Of a DNA stretch of 64,000 nucleotides, positions 11,987-24,750 are shown piece by piece. The position numbers and the translations under genes were made by a program. Each line of letters begins with the position of its first letter. The first letter of the stretch is position 1. The stretch comes from Phaeosaccion multiseriatum. Lineage: Eukaryota > Protista > Ochrophyta, other classes. The notes beneath the pieces were generated by a model that saw only the letters and a program-made list of their open reading frames with translations, ran no database searches and had not been told where the DNA came from. The stretch lies in the NCBI GenBank assembly GCA_965112735.1, contig OZ218964.1:620001-684000 (forward strand), read 5' to 3'.

Positions 11987-14225
11987 CTAGCTCGATCCCT
12001 GCTCGGCCTTGTCAGGCTTGTCACTCTCAGGCGGCGGACGGAGGGGCGGGGGGCGGGGACTCAATCCCAGCAACTTGGCCATATCCTGAAACAACGCCGA
12101 TCTGAACATGCTCGCGGCACAGAGGCGCTTCAGAGGGCCATTTTTGTGAGCCTCTTGCGCCTCGGGCAGAAGGCGCTGCACCACAGAGGCGGTGGGAGAC
12201 TTGTTGCATAGGCTGCACCACACCATTTTGGTGGCGTGCGCCCCCCCCCGGCCCTTCCTTTCGGTGGCACCTCTTGCGGGCGTGGGTGCCGGCCGAACTG
12301 CGCCTTCCCCCACCTCTCCTTCCTCCTTTCCCCTCTCCTCCTCCCCTTCCTCCTCCCGTCCCCCCTCGCTCTGCTCACCCCCCTCCTCTGTGGCATGGAA
12401 GGGGGCCGCGCTGTGGAGGCGCTCCACGCACTCTCCACAAATGGTATGGCCGCACGGTTTCAGCGTGTGCGGGTCAATCATGAGCTTCGCACACTCCGAG
12501 CACGTCAAGGTAGCCTCCTCCTCTTCCTCCGCGGACAGAAGCTTGTCCACTGCCGCCCCAACCTGCTTCATGAGGACCTCATTCACCTTCGCCTCCTTCT
12601 CCAAAACACGGATCTTCTCCTCGGCATCCATGAGCATCTTGTCCTGCAGCTCCCTCTCCCTCTCTGCCCGGGCGTTGGCCTTGTCGGCTGCGGCTGCGCT
12701 GGCGACCCTCTTGGCTTCCACTTCCGTCAGCAGAGCCTCCTTCTCCGCCCGCTGTGCGGCGGTTAAGCGCACCAGGTCCTTGTTGGCCTCCTCAATCTGC
12801 TCCTTACCCAGCCTCAACTCCCTCGCTGCCCGTCGCGTAGTGGCGAGCTCTGCCTGCAGCTGCTCCGTCTTGGTGTGGCCCCTCTTGAGCTCCTGTCGGG
12901 CCTCGTTCAGCTCCAAGTTCAGCCCGTGCACCAGCTTACTCAAGCCTGTCGTCGACGGCACCGACGCTCCTCCTCCTCCTCCTCCTCCTCCTCCTCCTCC
13001 TCCTCCTCCTCCTCCTCCTCCTCCTCCTCCTCCTCCACCTCCTCCTCCTCCACCTCCTCCTCCTCCTCCTCCTCCTCCTCCTCCTCCTCCACCTCCTCCT
13101 CCTCCTCCTCCTCCTCCTCCTCCTCCTCCTCCCTTTCCAGTACCTTCTTCTCTTGCTGCTGCTACTGCCGCTTCTGTCGCGGCTCTTGCTGCCGCTTTTG
13201 CTGCTGCTACCGCTGCCGATACTGCCGCTGCTGTTGTTTTTGCCGCTCTTTCTTCCCTCTCCGCCGCGGCCTCTTTCGCACTCCGCAAGGCCAGCGCCAA
13301 TCGCGCTTCCAGGTCCCCCACCTGCTCCGCCAGGCGCATCACTTGGCCCCTCAGCTCCCCTTCCACCCCAAACAGGGCGGCTTCCGACTCGCGGAGGGCC
13401 TCATTCCGCTCCAGGGCCGCAGCGAGGGCCCGCTTGGCGTCCTTCAAGTCAATCCTGCGCCCCTCTGCCAGCAGCTCCGCGTCGGTCGCTCTCCGTTGAG
13501 CCTCCCCCACAAGCTTACGAGCCTCCGCCCGGCAGGACGTGACCCGCTCATGCAGCGTCTCCACTTGCTGCCTGGAGCTGTCCAGTTCGAGCTGCAAAGC
13601 CTTGAGCGGGCCCACCTGCAGACGGATCACGCCCTCCAGCTCTGCCACTTTTTCCTCACGAGCCTCCGCCTTGGCTTGGTGTTCGAGGACCGCTGCTTGG
13701 CTGCGACTTGCAATGTCGGACAGCTGTATACGTATGTATGTAAAGAGGGGAGGAAGAGAGTAGCGAAATAAAGGAAGAGTGCTTCTGCATTGAGCATGGT
13801 AGCAACCTTTGAAGTTCATCTAACCTTCTTCTCCAGCACTTGCGCCTGGCGGAGTTTGGTGTCGAGGACTTGTACGTCTCGCTTGTACGCTGCGACGGTG
13901 AGCGCGGCGCCGCCCTCGCCCTCCAGATCGCCGCCTTGCGCTTCGGCCCGCCCGGTCTCCCCATCCTTCGTTGCTGCCTTTGTTCCCGGAGCGAGGAACA
14001 AGACTGCGGGGTCCACCAACTAGAAAAGAAAGACCGATAAGCACCAAGTCACAATAGTCAGTCAACCGAGAGACGACAAGAAGGTGCCTTTCACCTATCG
14101 CACCTTTCGATTTTGATGGTGTGTGCCGTGCAGGTCTCGGCCGTCCTGCCACTGAATGCTGGGCTTGCGCGGCACGAGGAGATGAGTCTCCGACGCAGAA
14201 TATGGGCCGAGGAGGAAGCCGCCTA

Positions 14226-14270
<45 letters not shown>

Positions 14271-14601
14271 GCTGCTCGTCATTAGGCACCACCAGCACAC
14301 CCCCATCTTCACCCAGCCGCACTCTCGAGCGAGCGCAGGAGGTGACCTCTTCCAGGACGGCCTCGCTCTGCCCTAAGGACTGTCTGAGCTTCACAAGCTT
14401 CGCGTCCCTCTCCCTCAACGCGGCCTTGAGCTGGGAGAGCTGCTGCTGGTGACTCGCGAGCAGCTGGGTCATGTGCAGCAAATTGCGTCTCAAACCGGCC
14501 GCAAACACCTCCTTCGCCTTCTCCTCGTCTTTTTCGTAGTAGTGGCCGCGGTGGACCCCCCCGAAGAGGTCGGCATCGCTCTCTGCGGTGGACGAGGGCA
14601 T
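11987..14601 (-). CDS. Coiled-coil protein with poly-Gln, 55-residue poly-Gly and C-terminal RING-like finger
   Basis: Exons 14601-14104, ~14020-13825, 13724-11987 join in frame. LTCSEC...PCGHTICGEC...CSLC fits a C3HC4-type pattern with a long acidic insertion. Confidence 0.7.
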
Positions 14602-15040
14602 GGTTCCTACCTCTCCCCAGCATTGCCTGAGTGGCGGGGAGATTATCGCTCCCTTCTCCTGCTTCTCGTTATCATTTTGGTTTTAAAAGCGACGGAGATA
14701 CTCGAAAGAGAGAGAAAAACAGAAAACGTAACGTTATTTTCGATGTGTTTCTTTCATGTTGAAAACGAATATTGAACGAATGTTGCACCACAACCCTCCC
14801 TTCGAACGTGTTCCCAGTGTGCCCACATATCCCAGAGCAGTCCCCCACTCCAGAGAAAAGAGAGACTTAGTACAGTGGGTGTGGTGGACGCTTTCGCCAG
14901 CAGCAGCACAGCTCAAGAAGCTTCGGCGCCGAAGAATCGCAAGGGCTGGAAAGGGCACGAGAGATCACGGGATATTCGTGCGTTGGCAGCTGGGGAGGGG
15001 GGAGGAGGGAGGCCTGCCGCGAGAGGGAGAGAGAAGCCGG

Positions 15041-15544
15041 ATGTGTGAGATCACGTCGGCGGCGGCCAAGGCTGAGCGCAGAAAGCATGGGCTCAAGAGG
15101 TCTGCCTCTTTCATGACATCATCATCGGCACCGTCATCGGGAGGATGCTGTGAGGGCGCTGCCAACGAGTGCAATGCGGCGACAGTGCAGCCGGGGCGCC
15201 CGCCGCTTCGTAGGACTGTGAGCTGGTCCGACGAGTACGGTATGCCCATCGTGACGGGCGTCGTGCCCGCGGATGACTGGTGCAGCCGGTTGATGGAGCC
15301 CTTAGTCGTGACAATGGAGCGTTTGAGCAAGGGCGTGGAAGTGACTCTCGAGCGCCCGGGCTGGTTCAACCGCAAGAGGAAGGAGGAGGCCGTGTTATAC
15401 TCGGACGACTTCGGCCGCAGCTTTTGCTGGATCACCAAGAGACATGGCTCCCGAGTATTCCGGCTGCCCTGCGTATGCGTGTCGGAAATTAAGGGGGTGG
15501 GGGGCGGGCTGCCGGGCAAGGCCTGGGGGGAGAGCGGTAGCAAT

Positions 15545-15581
<37 letters not shown>

Positions 15582-15826
15582 CGTCCAGCAACAGTAGTAC
15601 GTCTAGTAACAGCAGCAGCGACGAGGGTGGTGGTGCCAAGCGGCAGCCAGAACAGAAGATGAAGGTCAAGTGGCAGATGGCACCCACGTTTCCCAAACGC
15701 AAGATGACCCTCGCCGGCCCCGCCCTGACGGACAAGTTTGTGAAGGAGCTCAAGCAGCTTTGGGAATTGTACAATGACGCCTCGATAACGGCGACACCCG
15801 CTAGCAAGCGCAAGTCGGGTAGATGA
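15041..15826 (+). CDS. Hypothetical protein, intronless
   Basis: Open frame 14756-15826, likely ATG at 15041. RRTVSWSD (RVxF-like motif), possible PH-like C-terminal part, poly-Ser. Confidence 0.55.
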
Positions 15827-16561
15827 CTGCGGTTTTCTACCCGAGGGCACACCCGCGGAGCTGAGAGCTGCGCTACGTATAGAAGCTGCGCTTAACAAAC
15901 AGCTGCTGGATGCGCTTGCCTTGGGGGGCAGGCATTCGTGTGAATACTTGTGTGTACAAAGGTTTTCGATACGTACCGGAGACGCGGCGAGGGGTTTGGC
16001 CAATCAATTTTGAAATGTAAAGAAGTATATATAATGAAGAAACCTTTTGATCGTGCCGATACATTACTTCTCTGCTCCGCCGTTCCCCCATCAGGGCCGC
16101 GGCCTGATGCTCCGTCTCCAAGCCAAGCGGCAGCTGGCCTCCCTCCTCGACTGCCATCTACCACTCGACCCAGCACCCCCCGTCAGCGGTAGCGAAGAAA
16201 GGGAGAGAAGCGATTCGAAGAGACCCGTCCACACGACTCATCTCAAAGTCAAAAGAGTCGGGGGGGGGGGTCAATGAAGGTGAAGCGCTTTTTGTCTACG
16301 CAGCACTTTGGTCATGAGAACTCCCAAGTCTGTATTGAGGTCTTCCTGTACCAGCAGCAGAGGGCCGCTTTTGGTACCCGTCCGGAGGATAGCACGACTG
16401 AACGTGGACAACATTGCCACCCACGGTGCTTCTTGTAGGCTGGTAGGCGTTGGTAGGCGTTGGTAGGCGTTGGTAGGCGCTCACTCACAAGGAGTGACAA
16501 TCACCACCCCCCCACCCCCCCCACACCCTTCTTGCGCTAGCTAATAACAGCGCGATTTCGA

Positions 16562-17923
16562 TTATGAGGAGGAAGAAAGCTGTCCCCACGCCTTATCGGC
16601 CGCCTCCTGTCGGGCTTTGTACACATCAACCACACTGACGCCGTGATTCGCCATGTACACCTGAGTGAGGGAGAGGAGAGAAAAATGTATAGAGAGAGAG
16701 AGCGGGTACACACCGGGAGGACTAGTGACGTCAGGCATACGTCAGGCAAGAACAACAAGCTCTGCGAGGATAGGGGAGAACAGCATACACCTCTCACACA
16801 CTGGTCATGAACAGACGACAAGACACTCTGGGACGAAAGGAGAAAAAAGAAGAAAAAAAAAACAGTACACCTCCCTCCATACACCTCTAGAGAGAGCAAA
16901 CAGCTGTGCTTTGTCCTCGTTCGCTCTGTCTTCTCTCCTCCTTGTTCAATACACACATCCCGACGAGTGATGCTGGCCAAAGTCCTCCCTGCCCCCCCCT
17001 CCCGCAACCCTCCCCCTCGTGCCCCAAGGTGCGTTGCATCACTGCGGTACCTGCTCGAAGGTTCGCGGGTTGCCCTTGACTGCTTCCTTCCACACCTTGC
17101 CCCCGTCGACGTCCTCGGCGCTGCGCATGAGTTGCTGTTCGCCGCTCGTGGAGAATATGCCCACCAGCACCTCTCCGGCACTCAGCACCAGGCCTTCCTC
17201 AGATGTATCGACCACGTTGTAGATTATGCTGCCATCCAGTCGCCCCGGGGGTGGAGGAGGGGTAGGGAGAGTGAGAGGGAGAGTGAGAGGATAGGTTAGG
17301 TTAGGTTAGGCCAACCATGAATGCAAGGGAAGGGAGGGAAGGGAGGCAAGGGGGGGGGGGAGGAAGGGGGGGAGGGGGGAGGGGGAGGAGGGGGGTCGCC
17401 GACTGATTGATCGATTTCAGATTCTTAGATATCCATCTCAGTTTAGCATAAAGAAGGTTTACTCACTCCCACTCACTCCCTTCCCCCCTCCCTCCCTCCC
17501 TCCCTCACGCACTCACCAGCCCTTGGGAGCCACCACTTTCTTTGCCGTTACGTTTATCAATATGGCACCCTCTGCCTCCACGGAGGCGCACCGCACATTG
17601 CTCAGCACGGACTTGCCCACCTTCCCCTCCCCCGTCACTGCGCAACTGCACACCACCGACGATCCGTCCACCTCCACTCCGTCTGCCAACTGTGAGGCCT
17701 TCTGGCGATTCGAGGGACTCAGGCCGAGGAAGGTACGAAGCATAGCCGCCTCTTGGCTGTCCTCTGCCGCGAGGAGGTTATTCTTCTGGAAGAGCCGCAG
17801 TTGACCATAGTCCCACCAGTAGGCGTCGGATCCAACATTCACCGCTACCGTACAGTAAGGAGGGAGGGTGGTGGCAAACAAAAGCGTGAAGCAAAAAAGA
17901 GGATGAACCAGAACCACCACAAG

Positions 17924-17963
<40 letters not shown>

Positions 17964-20381
17964 CTACCAAAGAGGAGCAAACACAGCCCTCCCTACAAGA
18001 GAAAGGAGTGGTGAGCTCCGTCCAACCAGTCCAGCCCGGTCCCGAAAGCAGCAACACCCGATCCGGCACGTCCCCCCAGTTTGCCCCATCGCTCACACAC
18101 ACACACACGCACTCACGCACTCACGCACTCACTCACTCACTCACTCACCTCCAAAGAGCTTTAGTGCCGAAGCCCCCTCTCTGGACTGAAACTTGTCCAA
18201 CATGCAGCGCATCCTGCTGTAGTGAGCAGCGGCCTCCACAGGGTCCACCTGCTTCTGCTTCATCATGTCGATATACGCCTCCTCCGACAGGGTCAGCTGA
18301 GTGAGAGAAAAGGAGAGAGAGAGAGAGAGAAGAGAGGAAGAGAGAGGGAGAGAGAGAGAGAGAGAGAGAGAGAAGGGAGGAAGAGAGAGGGGTGAATTTG
18401 ATGGGTTGTCGGGTTGCATAAGAACTTGGGATTGGAATTCAAAACAAGGAGACACAACAATCAGTAAGTAAGGGCATCAGCAGCAGCAGCAGCAGAGGAC
18501 AGGTGCTAAGAGAGGGGGGGTCCAGGGCAGCGGGCAGCGAGGAGGGTGAGTGGGTAGGTAGCAGCAGGGGGGGGTGCGGCTAGGTGGGTAGGTAGCAGTA
18601 CGAGTGAGTGCTGAATAAAGTCCTGCTTGGAGGGAGCCCTCTGCTGCCCTCTTCCTCAACAACCCCCCCCCCCCCCCCGTGCCTGTCTTCATGTACATCC
18701 AATCCATGCACCATCTTACCGGCATCCATAGGTGCGGGTCGGTGTCGAGCTTCCCCTCCTTTGCCTCAAGCTCCACCGCAAACTCCTCCATAAACGCGCT
18801 CAGCAGCGTGTGCGACACCGAGAAGGACCCCAGTGAGGCACCGCACTCCTACAATGTACAAAAAATGTGTTGTACACACACATACACAAACGCACACACA
18901 CATACACACACATACACACACATACACACACAGACATACAGAGAGAGAGACAGGGACGTAGGGGGGTAAGGCTGGGTACGTTTTGTTTTGGTTGAGTGCG
19001 CCCCACCCCCACTTCAGGGCGACTCATTGCATGCACGTGTTGTGGAGAGGAGAAAGAAGAGAACGACGTTGGTCAGCCATCCTGCCAATCAGTGCTTTTA
19101 CTTTGGACCTAGTGTTCTCTCCCCCCGCTCTTCTCCTTGCCGCCCGTTCCCACCCACCCTTTCGCCTTGACCTTCTCCCCCTTCTCCATCTCCTTGCATA
19201 CCTTGATGGTGCCCAATCCCTGCAGCAGCCTGGATGCGGTCTCGTGGCTGACCTTCTCCACCTGAGCAGCGTCGTCATCTCCATTGACAGCAATAAGCCC
19301 GTACTTGTCCATGCCCTTGGCGGCCCAGGTTTCCGCGTTCGGCATGGGGCCCAGCGTGCAGAGTATGTCCGCGTGGTGCGTGGGGGTGTAGGCGATGGGT
19401 ACACTGCCTCAGTGGATTTGGACGGGGAGGGGGTCCCGATGACATGCAACGCAAGAGAGAGGGTAAAAGGTGGTGTCTTTCGCACTTTCCACTTCCTTCC
19501 AGCGTCCCTCTGCAGCCCCTTAGTCAACCTGGAAGCCTGGAAGCCCGTCTACCCATCCACCCCACGATACGCACCTGGGGATGAAGACCTGATCTCCCCA
19601 AAACACGCTGAGTCGGCCCTTCCTCCCGGGGCCGTACGTGCCCGTCTGCTTCACCACGGCCTCCAGAATGGTCAGTGGTATCTCCTTTCCTTCGTCATTG
19701 GTGAGTGTGATGGGCAGCTTCACGCCGGGCTTGTTGTTGTTCTCGGAGCCAGGGAACGGTGCGAGGCGGGTGCCCTTGCCCGCGGTGTGGTAGAGACCCA
19801 CGCTAATGTCGGAGCTGGCCAGGCGGGAGGGAAGGTCAGTGTCGTACTTGGAGGCCGCTAGGGCACAGGCCTTCTTCCAGGCGTAGAAGGTGCCCAGCGC
19901 TGCGATGTGTAACAAGAGCGAGGGCGAAGAAGATGGTGCTGGGGTGTGAGACATTGGGGAGAGTTGGACGATACATTCCTTCACACAAGGGGGGCCAAGG
20001 GATAGGGCTTCGCGAGAGCAACAAGCATTACATATCAATGCAGAGAAATAGGGGGGGGCGGGGGCCTGCGAAGAGTGCAAGCAGCAGTAGCCCTAGCCGA
20101 AAAAGGAGCGTGGCACTGATATGGCGGCGAACATCTGCTGTGACTTTCGCCATCCACATCCAGAGGTGCTCACCATTTCCCGCTCCTCCCGGCCAATCCT
20201 CGTTGACAGCTAGCACCAGCGCCTCCTTGTGCAAGACCGCCCCCTTGGCCTCCTCTAGCCGGCCCATCCAGTACGTGGCCTGCTCCGCGTCGCCAGTGCA
20301 CACGACCACCACATCAAAGCCGTGTACCTCGTTCATCAGAGCAATGTTGCTCACGCGGGTGTCCTCGCCGCTCGACGCCAT
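16562..20381 (-). CDS. Nucleotide-diphospho-sugar transferase superfamily protein (fucose-1-P guanylyltransferase/sugar pyrophosphorylase-like)
   Basis: About 8 exons: EDWPGGAGN|ALGT, LYHTAGKGTRLAP (GxGTRLxP), VFWGDQVFIP, QVEKV, YWWDYGQ, then a beta-helix-like C-terminus (SSVVCSCAV, SVLSNVRC, SIIYNV). Confidence 0.7.
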
Positions 20382-20993
20382 GATGCTTAGCTTGTGCCTA
20401 TAGCTCGCTTCCTTCCACTCGGTGACAGATGTTCGCTCCCCACAAAAGCTCGGCAAGATTAAGAGCGATGAGAAGAAATTTGGAGGCATACGATTTTGCT
20501 GCCTTACTGGCACCCTAACCGTTTGCCCAGACAAAGATCTGCAAGCGGAAAGAAAGGACAGGAGGCAGGCGAGGAGGGTCGGGTACAAAGGAGAGGGGAG
20601 GTGGTGAAATAAGAGTAGTCTAAGTGCGGACTCCAATCGGTGAAAAAGAAGGCGTTTGATGATGGGGAAGCTCAAGACAGCTTCACTCATTTTGATCGCG
20701 TGCGAAGGATGATACGCAGGCGTCCATTCAAGAGGACAGGGAAGATGTACGGGGATGCGAGGCCCACTCTTGGGATCAGGCAGCGGCAGGACGAGCAGCA
20801 GCCGTCGAGCTGCTGTAGGGGTGGACACAGGTGCGGCTGTGGGACTCTGATCAGTCGAGGGAGCGCGACCAAGAGGCCACGCACTGAGGAGAGAAAGGAT
20901 GAGAGCAGCAACCCTTTGCCTCCAGGTCACCGCATTCACCAGAAGCCGGACGTGAGCGCCAAGAATTCACAGGCTCCATGGGGCCAGAGGGCG

Positions 20994-23020
20994 ATGCAGT
21001 CGATAACGAGGCTTCCAGACCTGCTGCGGGCCGCTCTACTGGTGCTCGGCCTCTTCTTCTGCTTAGCTCCTCCGGAGGAAGGGATGGTGGCGGGCATGCG
21101 AGTCCACATGCCCATGTCGGCTCCTGCCAGCTGCGAGAATATCGAGTCACCAGAGTGGCCACTGACGTACAGCAAATACGCCAACCAAACGTTGGAGACG
21201 AAAGGAAGGACGAATGCGAACACACAGGCGAGTGATGTGATCGGACAGTGTAGTTTCCCAGCCTGTGACTGAGGCAGCTTGTTCTTCCCGCTGAATGGGG
21301 ATGCAAGTTATGGCGGTTTGACCTTTCTTACGGGTAGCAAGCGCTTTCCCGGTGTGAACTGGACCTGTGCCGTCACAGTCGTGGGACTCCGTTTCAGCTT
21401 CCACTGGGGAAGACTTGGACAGAGGGAGGACCCCTCCCACTGTCTTCTCTCATTGACCCACTTTCTTCCTCTTCGTCTTTTGTGTCAGGATCTTCGCCAC
21501 GAGTGTCAGGCCCGAGGCGTGCAGTCCAAGTGCCACATCTGCGAGGACATTGCCTGCGGAGACCGTCTCAACGAGGTTAGTCTGTTACAATTAGTTACAG
21601 AGGGCACCACTGCCACCGCCGCTACGTGTCTCTCTCTCTCCACGGCTTGCTCCTCTTACACGGATCCATCTACTCCCTCTTCTCTCCCAACGAGTCCTTA
21701 CGAGTCGCAGCTTCCGCCCTCTTCACCTTCGCGATTGCCGTCATCGTCGGCAGCAGGAGCCCGCTCTTCTTGTGACCCTCTCTGGCCCATAATCGCTCCT
21801 TCCCTCTCTGCCCATATGCCTCTCATGCCTCTCGCAGACGTGTCGCCTGCAGCTGCAGGGCGTCAACAGCTCTGTGATGAGCTCCAACATCCCCTCCGTC
21901 TCAGACACCCCCTGGGCCATCAATGGCTCGTACCGGTGAGTGAGTGAGTGAGTGAGTGAGTGATGAATGCAGCCCTCCCTTGGCCCTCGCCATTTCCCTC
22001 ATACGAATGGCTCAGCTCCCTGCCCTCCCGCCTCCCGGTTCCACCTCACCCCTCCCCCGTATCCCCAAACACGCACACACGCACGCACACACGCACACAC
22101 GCACGCACACACACACGCACGCACACACGCACACACACATAAACAGTGGAGACTTCTCCAACCCCAACGTGACGCGGGTGTGCCAATTCACAAGTGGCGG
22201 CGACTGCCTGAACCCCTTTCTCACGGACTACTCCAATTGCACTCTACGCTGCTGGGCACACAACGCATCGGCTGGCTCAAGTATCAAGACAAGCACAGAT
22301 GGTGAGTGAGTGAGTGAGTGAGTGAGTGAGTGCGTGAGTGAGTGCGTTTGGAGAGGGCGTGTTGGTTGCTGTGCTGCTTGTGCACGATATCATCCGCTCT
22401 TGCCTTTGCGCACCGGCAAGGATGCCGCCGAGGGGAGGCAAGGAAGGAGAGGGGATGAGTGACTTTCTCGCTTTGCTCTCCTCACATCCGTCCTTCCCTC
22501 CCTCCCTCCCTCCCTCCCCTTCCTTCCTCCCTCCCTCCCTCCCTCCCTCCCTCCCTCCCTCCCTCCCTCCCTCCCTCCCTCCCTCCCTCCCTCCCTCCCT
22601 CCCCTTCCTTCCTCCCTCCCTCCCTCCCTCCCTCCCTCCCTCCCTCCCTCCCTCCCTCGCTCCCCCCCTCCCCCCCTCCTCCCTCCCTCCCCTTCCTCCT
22701 TAGCTGAGCTCTGGGACTATACAGCTACGGAGATTTGGAACGCTCCCCGAACCTTCACCGACGGGAGCACGTACGACGTAGGAAGTGTGCCTGACTACAA
22801 TCCTCAAGGATACATGTTCACACTGGTGAGTAGAGTGAACTGAAGTCAGGAGGAAGATAAGCAGGACGGTTGGCTACACTCCCTCCGTCCCGCCTTTGCT
22901 GTACTGTGGGTTGCGTCGGGATAGCGCAGGCAGATGGGTCCGTTGGCTGCCATCGCAGGGCAGGCACACAACAGTGTGCTGGGGCTTCTGCTGCTCACCA
23001 GTCACAAACTTCCCGTGTGC

Positions 23021-23062
<42 letters not shown>

Positions 23063-23067
23063 ATGTA

Positions 23068-23150
<83 letters not shown>

Positions 23151-24370
23151 CTGTCTATCTATCTGCCTGCTTGCCTGCCTGTCTGCCTACCTACATGCCG
23201 GTCTACCTGCCCATCGCCCTCCTCCTCTGCCTGGCCATAACCCCATACCCCATACCCCATACCCAATGCCTCATACCGTATACCCCATACCCCATACCCC
23301 ATACCCCATACCCAATGCCCCATACCGTATACGCCATACCCCATACCCCATACCCCATACCCCATACCCCATACCCCATACCCCATACCCCATACCCCAT
23401 ACCCCATACCCCATACCCCATACCCCGTACCCCATACCCCGTACCCCATACCCCATACCCCATACCCCATACCCCATACCCCATACCCCATATCCCATAC
23501 CCAATGCCCCATACCGTATACGCCATACCCCATACCCCATACCCAATGCCCAAGGTCGGAGGCGCGTCTGAGGGCTACTCTGACGGCAACGGCGCGGCTG
23601 CGAAGTTCAGCGGGCCGCAGGACGTGGCCGTGGATAGACTGCTCAACGTGTATGTTGCAGACACGGGCAACCACAGGCGAGTGCGAGTGGGATATGTCAT
23701 TTGTCATCGCTGGTTGTTTTGCGAAAGGTCCATCATTCCTTCCCCTCTGATGCGAGCAAGGGTTTTGCCGTCCCCGTTCGTCCCCATACTTGCTCCGCAC
23801 CCACACCCGCTCACTCCATCCCTCCCTCCTTCCCTCCCTCCCTCCCTCCCTCCCTCCCTCCCTCCCTCCCACCCACCCACCTCCTCCTCCTCCTCCTCCT
23901 CCTCCTCCTCCTCCTCCTCCTCCTCCTCCCCTACTGCTGCTGCTGCTGTCGGTGTGCTCACAGAATCCGTAAGGTGACCCCTGCCGGTGATGTGACAACC
24001 ATTGCCGGCAGCGGGGAGGAGGGCTACCTCGAAGGGAGTGCCCTGGAAGCATCTTTCGCCTACCCCAGTGGCATCGCCTGCTACTATGATGAAGACGATG
24101 AGCTCAGGTGGGTGGGGGATGGGGGGTGCGGCACTGCATGTGGTGGGAGATGGCAGCGGATGGCGTGTGGGTTTTCAGACCACGTCGAGGAGAGGCGGGA
24201 GAGGGGGATGGAGAGGGAAAGGGAGAGAAAGAGGATGAGGGAGAGGATGAGGGAGAGGATGAGGGAGAGGGAGAGGGAGAAGGAGAGGCAGAGGGTGTCT
24301 CCTTCGCTGTCCTCTCCTCCTCTTGTTGCTGCAGCCACCGCGAACCTGCATGTCAATCTCTCTCTCCTTG

Positions 24371-24448
<78 letters not shown>

Positions 24449-24691
24449 TGCCTGCCTGTCTGCCTCTCCTCCCCTTCCAGGCTGCTCGTAGCGGACCGCA
24501 ACAACCACCGCATACGCCTCGTGAGCGGCTCAATGGACGGCACAGGCACAGTGTCTTGCTTCTCGGGCAGATGCGGTAACGCTACGGACTCCTTCTTACT
24601 CTCCAAGGAGGAGGCGACCCCTGAACCGGTGAGTCAACCACGCAGGCAGGCAGGCAGGCAGGCAAGCAGGCAGGCAGGCAGGCAGACAGGT

Positions 24692-24750
<59 letters not shown>

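Noticed and set aside
23238-23550. (TATGGGG)n here and (TTAGG)3 at ~17293 as telomeric repeats
   Set aside because: Intronic and internal, one of many different microsatellites, and not matching TTAGGG/TTTAGGG.
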